The notes beneath the pieces are model-generated. The model was not told where the DNA came from and did no database searches. It worked only from the letters and a program-made list of their open reading frames with translations. A stretch of DNA of 64,000 nucleotides from an uncultured Prevotellaceae bacterium (GTDB lineage Bacteria > Bacteroidota > Bacteroidia > Bacteroidales > Bacteroidaceae): the NCBI GenBank assembly GCA_947167515.1, contig CAMVIM010000009.1, positions 8,522-72,521 of the forward strand, written 5' to 3'. Position 1 is the first letter of the stretch, and every line of letters starts with the position of its first letter. A program made the translations under genes and the position numbers. Shown in pieces: positions 18,014 through 25,935 of the stretch.

Positions 18014-19102
18014 ATGAAAAGGATTCTCTTTCTATTCGCCTTGTTGCTGGCTGTGTCGGCACAGGCACAAGAGTCTGCCAAGGCTCAACAAGTGAAGTAC
18101 ACCGTCAAGGGTGTCAGCAAGGAAAACGGCAAGACGGTCTATCTGGAAGACAAGTTGACCTCCAAAGTGGTGGACAGCATCGTCGTAGCCAAAGGCAAGT
18201 TCGTGTTCAAAGGGGTGGCAGATAAGGATGCCATTTTTGCCATCACCTTCGACAAAGACAACTGGCAGAGTTGGCACACCCTGTTCTTCAACGACGGCAA
18301 GACCATCCTTGTCAACATGAACGACAGCACACTGAAAGGTTCGCCGCTGAACGAACGGCTGGCCTACTATAACAAGGAAATTCTGGGTCTGCCGGGCAGT
18401 TATTATCCAGAGTATAAATATAAGATGGTCAAGAAGATGTTTGAAGAGGAACACGAAACGTTGCTGCCTGCTGCGCTCATCGTGGAAGGCCAAAGGACTT
18501 TTGGGTCAAAAGGATTGCTTCGTATGTTGGAAAAGAAGCCCGCCTATGCTGAGCATCCAAAGGTCAAACAATATGCGGAGGGGATAAAGAGGATGGCTAC
18601 GGCAACAGTTGTCGTGACATCGGGCAGAACAGATGAGCAGAAAGCAGCCGACAGGGATGCGAAGGATGCCTTCATCGGTCAGCAGTTCACCGACTTCGAG
18701 ATGGTGGACACGTTGGGAAACACCCACAAACTCAGTGAGTACGTTGGCAAAGGGCGTTGGGTGCTCGTCGATTTCTGGGCCTCATGGTGTGGTCCCTGTC
18801 TTCGTGAGATGCCTAACGTGGTGGCTGCCTACGAGAAATACCACACAAAAGGACTTGACATCGTTGGCGTGTCCCTTGATGGAAACAGGATTCCGTGGGT
18901 GAAAGCCATCGCCAGTCTAAAGATGCCGTGGGTGCATCTTTCTGACCTGAAGGGAAGGGAATCGCTGGTCACCAAAGTGTATAAAATCAACGCCATCCCC
19001 GACAACCTGTTCATCGACCCGCAAGGCAAGATTGTGGCGCGCGACCTTATGGGAGAAGAATTGTACACCAAATTAGCAGAAATCTTTGATGGGAAAAATT
19101 AG
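18014..19102 (+). CDS. TlpA-like thiol:disulfide oxidoreductase (exported thioredoxin fold), paralog 1
   Basis: Start MKRILFLFALLLAVSAQAQ at 18014. It has an N-terminal DUF4369-like beta domain and the C-terminal motif VLVDFWASWCGPC. Confidence 0.8.
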   Translation: MKRILFLFALLLAVSAQAQESAKAQQVKYTVKGVSKENGKTVYLEDKLTSKVVDSIVVAKGKFVFKGVADKDAIFAITFDKDNWQSWHTLFFNDGKTILVNMNDSTLKGSPLNERLAYYNKEILGLPGSYYPEYKYKMVKKMFEEEHETLLPAALIVEGQRTFGSKGLLRMLEKKPAYAEHPKVKQYAEGIKRMATATVVVTSGRTDEQKAADRDAKDAFIGQQFTDFEMVDTLGNTHKLSEYVGKGRWVLVDFWASWCGPCLREMPNVVAAYEKYHTKGLDIVGVSLDGNRIPWVKAIASLKMPWVHLSDLKGRESLVTKVYKINAIPDNLFIDPQGKIVARDLMGEELYTKLAEIFDGKN

Positions 19103-19200
19103 ATTTATGAACATTCGTGGGCATTATATGGACATTATATGTTTGAGATTTAACACGAATGGTCATATAATGCCCACGAATGTTCATAAATATTTTTTGT
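19103..19200 (+). terminator. 28-bp perfect-stem hairpin plus T-run
   Basis: 19103-19130 atttatgaacattcgtgggcattatatg is the exact reverse complement of 19164-19191, followed by attttttgt. Confidence 0.65.
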
Positions 19201-19216
19201 AAAGTATAAGACCAAT

Positions 19217-20305
19217 ATGAAAAGGATGATGATTGTAGTGATGTGCTTCGGTGTGTTGTCGTGCCTACACACAGCGTCTGCACAGGATGTCTTGGAAGTG
19301 AATTTTCCGACGGGAACGGAAGGCTTCGTGGAAGTGACTTACGGTATAGGAGGGGAGCAGTGCGATACGCTTCCGATTGTAAACAGTAGATTGGTGATAG
19401 AGAAGGACAGGAACGACTTGCCGGAGATAGTGACCCTGAAGTATAAGAAAGAGCGAGATGACAGCAATAAGGCGTGGCTGTCCGTGCAAATCAACTCTGC
19501 CCGATGGGCAAACTTCCCCATAGGGTATGGTCGAACGGTTGTCACGTTCGATTCTCTTGCTTTTCCTCGGTCGGTAGGTACCATTACTGATGAATATGGC
19601 GATGCCGAGGCAGATGATGTATTCTTTCATGACCGCCAACGCTTTCGGAGTCAAGACTTCCTGAAAGCCCATTCTGAAAGCGTCCAGGCATTGCACCTCT
19701 TGTCGAAATCGTGGGATGCCGACACCTTGCAGATGGCTCTGGATTGTTTCTCCCCGTCGTTGCGCAACTCAGACAAAGGGCAAGAACTGCAGCAACTCAT
19801 TTTGGCTCGTAAAGAGCGGGGTGGGGTGGCAAGGCTTTTCCCCATGTGGGACACGGCAGGGAGAGCCCATACTTTCGAGGAGTGTCTGAATGGGAAGGAG
19901 TATATGCTGCTGAACCTGTGGGCGAGTTGGTGCGGCCCCTGTCGTGCCGAGATACCCGAACTGATAGCATACGAGGAAGAATGTCGTGACCGTGTGGCAT
20001 TTGTCAGCGTGACCATCGACGAAGACAGAGACGCTTGGCTGAAAGCGGTGGATGAACTGCCGAAATGCGCATGGGCAAATCTCTCCACGAAGTTTGATGG
20101 CAGCCCAGAAGGACGACCACGTCCCCCTCTCTTCAATAATGGCTTCGTTCCTTTCTTCTACATCCTCGACAGAGACGGGAACACGGTTTACAGTTCGTTG
20201 GAATGTGGAGGTGGAAAACCTTTGGACGATGCAAAAGAAAGGCTCAATGAATTGTTGGCTTTTGACACCAAGGCGTCTCGAAAAACGATAATTACCAATA
20301 ATTGA
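19217..20305 (+). CDS. TlpA-like thiol:disulfide oxidoreductase, paralog 2
   Basis: Signal peptide MKRMMIVVMCFGVLSCLHTASAQ and the motif MLLNLWASWCGPC. Confidence 0.75.
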   Translation: MKRMMIVVMCFGVLSCLHTASAQDVLEVNFPTGTEGFVEVTYGIGGEQCDTLPIVNSRLVIEKDRNDLPEIVTLKYKKERDDSNKAWLSVQINSARWANFPIGYGRTVVTFDSLAFPRSVGTITDEYGDAEADDVFFHDRQRFRSQDFLKAHSESVQALHLLSKSWDADTLQMALDCFSPSLRNSDKGQELQQLILARKERGGVARLFPMWDTAGRAHTFEECLNGKEYMLLNLWASWCGPCRAEIPELIAYEEECRDRVAFVSVTIDEDRDAWLKAVDELPKCAWANLSTKFDGSPEGRPRPPLFNNGFVPFFYILDRDGNTVYSSLECGGGKPLDDAKERLNELLAFDTKASRKTIITNN

Positions 20306-20356
20306 CGATAATTTTGTCCGAAAATTTATTTGAACGGTTACTTAATATGTGTTAAT

Positions 20357-21292
20357 ATGAGAAAGATTTTTGTTTCTATGTGTGTTTTCGTGTTGGCGAT
20401 GTCGGCACAGGCACAAAAGAGAGTGATTGTGAACCCCGACTACGACAAGCCAGAGGGGGTTGCTCATTTGGAACTCAAACGTGTGGAACTGACCGATACG
20501 GCCACGGTGATACACCTGAGTGCCAACACCAATTTTTCACCGTTAATGATGTGGAACATTTGGCTGAAAGCCGATGGCAAAAAGTATGCATTACGAGGAG
20601 GAAGACGAATCAGCACATGGGGGCAGGGAAAAACTGCCTACGAGAAAGATGAGACGATACCATTCTACAATAGCAAAGGCGATACAGTCTTCACTGCACT
20701 TGTGCCTAAAGAAGAGCCTTTTGTGGAGAACAAGAAATACGAGCACACCAGTTTGGCCGATTCGTTGGTGCTATGGTTTGAGCCATTACCTGCCGATGCA
20801 ACCGTGTTCGACTTCTCCAATGACATCCACAACATCAGCCTCATCAAGACGGTGCAGACTTCCACCGACCTGAATATCTTGCCAATGCCCGATGCTACGC
20901 CCGACCATTGCATCGAAGCCATCGCTGGCATGTTCCCAGGAAAAGTAGTCTTCATCGACCTGTGGGCAACGTGGTGTGGCCCCTGCAAGTATGGTATAGA
21001 AAAGATGGCACCCATGAAGGAGGAACTGAAGGGCAAGGACGTGGTGTTTGTCTATCTGACGAACGAAACGAGTGATAAAGAACTCTGGAAAAAGAGCGTG
21101 GCCAACACCAAGGGTTACCATCTGATGCTGCCCAACGAGTATTGGGGCCAACTGCCCTGCATCGTTGCTTTTAGCGGCATCCCTCAGTATTTCCTCTATG
21201 ACCGTCAGGGTAAGCAGGTCCTCCATCAAATCGGTTTTGCCGACGGGGCAGAACTGCACTTCAAGGATGAAATAGAGAAGCACCTGCAATAA
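20357..21292 (+). CDS. TlpA-like thiol:disulfide oxidoreductase, paralog 3
   Basis: I prefer the ATG at 20357 (MRKIFVSMCVFVLAMSAQAQ); the ORF-track start at 20330 is TTG. Motif VVFIDLWATWCGPC. Confidence 0.75.
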   Translation: MRKIFVSMCVFVLAMSAQAQKRVIVNPDYDKPEGVAHLELKRVELTDTATVIHLSANTNFSPLMMWNIWLKADGKKYALRGGRRISTWGQGKTAYEKDETIPFYNSKGDTVFTALVPKEEPFVENKKYEHTSLADSLVLWFEPLPADATVFDFSNDIHNISLIKTVQTSTDLNILPMPDATPDHCIEAIAGMFPGKVVFIDLWATWCGPCKYGIEKMAPMKEELKGKDVVFVYLTNETSDKELWKKSVANTKGYHLMLPNEYWGQLPCIVAFSGIPQYFLYDRQGKQVLHQIGFADGAELHFKDEIEKHLQ

Positions 21293-21357
21293 GGCAGTTA
21301 AAGCACCTCCAAGTCCATCCTGCCACATCCTCCAAAACGATGCTTCCACAGCCTCTA

Positions 21358-21426
21358 AACCGACGTCCCCGATGTCGGTCAACCGATGTCCCCGATGTCG
21401 GTCGACCGATGTCCCCGATGTCGGTT
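21358..21426 (+). repeat. 3 x 23-bp tandem repeat, each unit a small stem-loop, with the last followed by TTTT
   Basis: The three units are aaccgacgtccccgatgtcggtc, aaccgatgtccccgatgtcggtc and gaccgatgtccccgatgtcggtt, followed by tt. Each unit has accga...tcggt arms. Confidence 0.8.
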
Positions 21427-21591
21427 TTAAGGCAGTGAAAGAGGGGAACACGAGGCATTGGCGTTTCGTCAGAGCAGGGAGTGGAGGAAAGGCTTTTCAG
21501 TCATTGTGCCATGTGGAGTCGTCGAATTGGAAAAAAATGACTCATGGGTTAGCATTTTCCTTGTTTGAAGGGTATTGCAATAAACGACGTG

Positions 21592-22062
21592 ATGGAAAAG
21601 ATGGAAATTCAGCGGCTGTTTCAGCAGCACTATGCCAAGATGTTGAGGGTGGCGCGCACCTTCCTCTACGACGAGCAGGAGAGCCAAGATGTGGTCAGCG
21701 ACATCTTTGCCCATCTGCTTCGTGGGCAGACGGTGCTGCTGGCTGGCACGGAAGAGGGCTACTTGCTGACGAGTGTCCGCAACCAGTGCCTGAAGCGGCT
21801 GCGCCACGAAGAACTGAGGCGGAGGATGGAGGACGTGGCTGTGGAGCCAGATTCCACAGAGCCATGTGACGAACGGCTGACAGACATTGACGAGTTTGTC
21901 ACCACTCACCTTTCGCCACAGGAGCAGCGCATCTTCCGACTTCGCTTTGCCGACGGATACCGCTACGACGAGATTGCCGCCTCGGAAGGCATCAGCCGTG
22001 TGGCTGTCTGGAAGCATCTTTCCCACGCCCTGAACCTCATCCGTAACCATTTCAAACAGTAA
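21592..22062 (+). CDS. ECF-type RNA polymerase sigma factor
   Basis: Region 2 (LFQQHYAKMLRVARTFLYDEQESQDVVSDIF) and region 4 HTH (YDEIAASEGISRVAVWKHLSHAL). The start is uncertain (21565, 21592 or 21601). Confidence 0.8.
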   Translation: MEKMEIQRLFQQHYAKMLRVARTFLYDEQESQDVVSDIFAHLLRGQTVLLAGTEEGYLLTSVRNQCLKRLRHEELRRRMEDVAVEPDSTEPCDERLTDIDEFVTTHLSPQEQRIFRLRFADGYRYDEIAASEGISRVAVWKHLSHALNLIRNHFKQ

Positions 22063-22067
22063 GGATT

Positions 22068-22622
22068 ATGCAAACGAACGACAACCGACAACTGTACCTC
22101 GACATGCAGGAGCATCCCGAACGGTACACCGCCCCAGAACTGGAGGCCATGATGGACGAACTCGACCGTGAGCCTGATGTGGAAGAAGCGTGGCAACGGC
22201 TTGAAGCCACACACCACACAAGCAAGACTTCCTCACGCCGATGGCTCAAGATAGCCGCCATGTTTGCAGGAGTCATCCTCATGGCTGGCATCGCCTTGGC
22301 TGCCATCCACCTTGTCAGCACGAAACGAATGGCACCTGCTGCCGTAGAGGTGCAACCTCTCAAGCAGGAACCGACTTCCCCTGTCCAGTTTGACAACGTG
22401 CCGCTTGATAGCGTTCTCAGTGTGGTCGCTGCCCACTATCGGAAGGTTGTCTTGTTCCGCGACGAGGCACCGCGCCACATGAAACTCATCATGACGTGGC
22501 AATCTGACGCGCCGCTGGGCGATTTTCTCGACCGCCTCAATGCGTTCGATGGGTTGAGCCTTCGCTTGCAGGGCGACACCATTTTTGTGGAAACCACGAC
22601 AGGAGAGGAGGACAAGCCATGA
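22068..22622 (+). CDS. FecR-like anti-sigma factor (single TM)
   Basis: 184 aa with the TM segment WLKIAAMFAGVILMAGIALAAIHL and a short periplasmic C-terminal domain. It sits between the ECF sigma and the receptor genes. Its stop overlaps the next start. Confidence 0.65.
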   Translation: MQTNDNRQLYLDMQEHPERYTAPELEAMMDELDREPDVEEAWQRLEATHHTSKTSSRRWLKIAAMFAGVILMAGIALAAIHLVSTKRMAPAAVEVQPLKQEPTSPVQFDNVPLDSVLSVVAAHYRKVVLFRDEAPRHMKLIMTWQSDAPLGDFLDRLNAFDGLSLRLQGDTIFVETTTGEEDKP

Positions 22623-25600
22623 AGTACATTCTGACTTTCTTGCTGCTGGCGGCATCTCTGGTGAGCCATGCCCAAATCACCCACGACTTTCGCAACACTC
22701 CTCTGCTCGAAGCCCTCCAGACCATCGGCTGTGAGCAGACGGACTACACCATCGACATCCTTTCCGACAGTCTCGGCAACCTGCACACCTCGGCCAAGGT
22801 GAAAGACCTCTCTGTGCCTGATGCTGTGAAGCGCATCTGCAAGGGACAACCCGTGAAGGTGAAACGGAGCGGTAAGCACATCTTCATTCAGTACAGACCC
22901 GAGAAGGATTTCACGAACAGGACCATCCATCTTTCGGGCGAAGTGTTGGACGAATTTCTGAAGATTCCGCTGCCCAAAGCCAAAATCTCCGTTTTGAGGG
23001 CAGACAGTTCGGTGGTGGTGGATTCTGCCGACATGGTGAATTTCTACCGGAGCAACATGCAACTGGTGAAGGTGGTGTTCGGGGCAGAGGTGAAGGCGAC
23101 GGAGAAGACTTTCTGGGTTCGTGCCCAACTGGACGGCTATGGCGATGTGTGGCAACGGGTGGACATCACCGATCCCTCGCAGGCAGACGTGGATGTGCCA
23201 GCACTGAAGATGCGCAAGATGCCGAGCCGGATGCTGAAAGGGGTGACCGTGACAGCCACGAGAATCAAGATGTTCTATCGGGGCGACACCATCGTCTATG
23301 ATGCCACCGCCTTCCAACTGCCCGAAGGCTCGATGCTCGACGAACTCATTCGTCAGTTGCCGGGGGTGAAGATGAACGAGAATGGTGAAATCTTTGTGAA
23401 CGGGCGCAAGGTAGATGAACTGCTGTTGGGCTCACGCACGTTCTTTGGCGGCAACAAAAAGGTGCTGATGGAGAATCTGCCCTACTATACGGTGAAGCAT
23501 CTGAAAGTGTATGAGAAGCAGACGGATAGAAGTGTGGCATTGGGCTACGATGTGGAGCCGCGCAGTTATGTGATGGATGTGATACTGAAAGACGAGTACA
23601 GCCAAGGCTACATTGCCAATGCCGAAGTGGCTGGAGGAACGGAAGATCGATGGTTGGGACGTGCTTTCCTGCTGGGCTTCACCGACCGTTTGCGCCTCAC
23701 GCTGCTGGCGAATGGGAACAATGTGAACGAGTCGCGTCATGTGGGGCAGACGGGGCAATGGAGTCCTGACCGTGCGCCCAAATCGTTGCTGACCACTCGC
23801 AGTGTGGCGGGAGAAATCAACTACCAATCGGAGGGCGACAAACTGAAAGAGACGCTGCGAACGGAATATACCGCTTCGACCGATGAGCAGACCATGAATC
23901 AGCGGCGTGAGCAGTTCTTGGAGGGACTGGCTCCGACCTCCCTCACGGAGTCGTATAACCGTGCGGGCAACAAGAAATGGACGGTGAATAATACACTTGT
24001 CCTGTCCAAACCCATGTATCTCCGCACTGAAGCCCACTTCGACTATGCCAAGCGCGACGGGTGGTCCCATTCCGCTTTCGACGAATGGAGCGAATCGCTG
24101 TCCGTGTCGCAACGCACCATCGGCATGAGTGAAGGCAAGGCATGGGCTGCCTATCTGGAGGCATCGGGCAGTTTCAACATCAACAAGCAGAAGCAACAAC
24201 ACCTCACCTTCTATGCCAAGGTGGAACGCAACAACGACGAGAGCCGCCAAGCCCAACGCTATACCCAAACCATCCAGCCCAATGCCTCCCAGCCCCTGCG
24301 CTCGACGGTTTCCCCGTCGAGTCAAACCCAACGCAACACCCACGACTTCTTCCGCCGCTTCACCTGGGCTGCTGGCGACCTCGGCTACAACCTCCATTTC
24401 GCCAAAGACATCAACCTCCTCTTCACCGATTTCTTCAACATCAGAAGAGAACACACCCGCGACTTCCTCTACCATCCCGAAGGGCTACGGGGAGGCGACG
24501 ATACGCAGGAAGTCTCGCTCCTGCTCCCCTCTCAGATAGAAGCCTTGACCGCCATCACCGACCCCGGCAACTCCTACGAAAGTCGTCGGAATGACTGGAC
24601 GAACAACTTGACCATCCGTCTGATGAGGACTGCTAGTATCATGCGTGCTGACTTTCACATGAAGATGACATATGAGCGATGGTGCCTGTACATTCGCACC
24701 CCGATACATCATGACGAACTGCACTATCAGCGCGGAGTGCTTGACACGTTGGCCCGTCAGACGGACTTCCTGCCCAACTTCTCTTTCGACTATAAAAATT
24801 ACTGGAAAGGAGCACGGCGTAATGTCCGTGTCGGTCTCAGTTTTAATCAGGAATGGCCACTCATCTCTGACCGCATCACCTTCCGCGATGACAGCCAGCC
24901 GCTCATCGTCAAACTCGGCAATCCCGACCTGAAAGGAAAGGCATACACGAAGTTTGAAGCGGAATACTTCGACGATGCAGGACCCAATCATGGCAACAGT
25001 CACCTGTCTGCCTCCTTCAACTATCACCATCGCGATGTGGCACAGTCGCTTACCTACAATCCTGCCAATGGCGTTTACACCTATAAGCCCATGAACGTGA
25101 GCGGTGCTTGGGGTGCCCTAGCCAACTTCAGCATCGACCGAAACATCGGCGAGAAACGCTACTGGTCGTGGCATGCAAACGCCCACGCTCTTTGGGACCA
25201 TGCCAAAGACCATGCCATGCTGGAGCGGGAAGGGGATGGTGGCTCTGGTTCAGGAATGGTGGAAAGCCATGTGAACACCGTCAACACCCTTGGACTCAAG
25301 GGTGGTGCTCACATCAAATATAACAAAAATGCTTTCAACATCCGTGCAACGGGACAAGGCTACTGGCGACACTCCACTGGCAGGATGTATGACTTTAAGA
25401 CACTCGATGTCTTCGACTTTGAATATGGCTTTGATGCCCGCTACACACTGCCTCGGCTGAAAACCTCCTTGGTGGCCGATGCCACCATGTACAGCCGTCG
25501 TGGCTATGGCAGCAGCAGTCTCAACACCAACGACTTCATTGTCAATGCCTCGGTGAGCCAGCCGTTCTGCAAAGGCAAACTCATCGCCCGCCTTGAAGCC

Positions 25601-25741
25601 TTCGACCTGCTGCATCAGTTGTCGAACACGGGCTATATGGTGAACGCTCAAGGTCGCACCGTGACGTGGTACCGCTCTCTGCCGCACTACGTGATGCTGC
25701 ACGTGGTGTATCACTGGAGCAAGAACCCGAAAAAGAAGTGA
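22619..25741 (+). CDS. Outer-membrane beta-barrel receptor (TonB-dependent-receptor-like) with an N-terminal signalling (STN-like) domain
   Basis: 1040 aa. In order: signal peptide, an STN-like segment (FRNTPLLEALQTIG...), a carboxypeptidase-regulatory-like domain, a plug-like LPGVKMNENGEIFVNGRKV, and a long Y/N/G-rich barrel ending in an aromatic residue-rich C-terminus. Confidence 0.7.
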   Translation: MKYILTFLLLAASLVSHAQITHDFRNTPLLEALQTIGCEQTDYTIDILSDSLGNLHTSAKVKDLSVPDAVKRICKGQPVKVKRSGKHIFIQYRPEKDFTNRTIHLSGEVLDEFLKIPLPKAKISVLRADSSVVVDSADMVNFYRSNMQLVKVVFGAEVKATEKTFWVRAQLDGYGDVWQRVDITDPSQADVDVPALKMRKMPSRMLKGVTVTATRIKMFYRGDTIVYDATAFQLPEGSMLDELIRQLPGVKMNENGEIFVNGRKVDELLLGSRTFFGGNKKVLMENLPYYTVKHLKVYEKQTDRSVALGYDVEPRSYVMDVILKDEYSQGYIANAEVAGGTEDRWLGRAFLLGFTDRLRLTLLANGNNVNESRHVGQTGQWSPDRAPKSLLTTRSVAGEINYQSEGDKLKETLRTEYTASTDEQTMNQRREQFLEGLAPTSLTESYNRAGNKKWTVNNTLVLSKPMYLRTEAHFDYAKRDGWSHSAFDEWSESLSVSQRTIGMSEGKAWAAYLEASGSFNINKQKQQHLTFYAKVERNNDESRQAQRYTQTIQPNASQPLRSTVSPSSQTQRNTHDFFRRFTWAAGDLGYNLHFAKDINLLFTDFFNIRREHTRDFLYHPEGLRGGDDTQEVSLLLPSQIEALTAITDPGNSYESRRNDWTNNLTIRLMRTASIMRADFHMKMTYERWCLYIRTPIHHDELHYQRGVLDTLARQTDFLPNFSFDYKNYWKGARRNVRVGLSFNQEWPLISDRITFRDDSQPLIVKLGNPDLKGKAYTKFEAEYFDDAGPNHGNSHLSASFNYHHRDVAQSLTYNPANGVYTYKPMNVSGAWGALANFSIDRNIGEKRYWSWHANAHALWDHAKDHAMLEREGDGGSGSGMVESHVNTVNTLGLKGGAHIKYNKNAFNIRATGQGYWRHSTGRMYDFKTLDVFDFEYGFDARYTLPRLKTSLVADATMYSRRGYGSSSLNTNDFIVNASVSQPFCKGKLIARLEAFDLLHQLSNTGYMVNAQGRTVTWYRSLPHYVMLHVVYHWSKNPKKK

Positions 25742-25799
25742 TGGAGGGCAATTGTAAAAAAAGATTAGTAAAAGATCAGTTAATCAAGTGTACACACCT

Positions 25800-25834
25800 T
25801 CCCCATCTGTAGCGATACGTATGGGGAGTTTTTG
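25800..25834 (+). terminator. Rho-independent terminator
   Basis: tccccat (25800-25806) pairs with atgggga (25821-25827), followed by gttttt. Confidence 0.55.
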
Positions 25835-25910
25835 TTTAGAAAAGTGGTTATATTGTAGTTTGTCGGTATTTTTTTTCTCTTGGAAGTGTACAAGTTAAAA
25901 GAAAAATTTG

Positions 25911-25918
25911 TACTTTTG
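25911..25918 (+). promoter_or_regulatory. -7 promoter box (TActTTTG)
   Basis: tacttttg lies about 18 nt upstream of the ATG at 25936. Confidence 0.45.
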
Positions 25919-25935
25919 TGGCGAACTAACCGTAT

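Noticed and set aside
22436-24475. 293-aa and 347-aa ORFs on the minus strand
   Set aside because: They are antisense to the anti-sigma and outer-membrane receptor genes. They are shadow ORFs.
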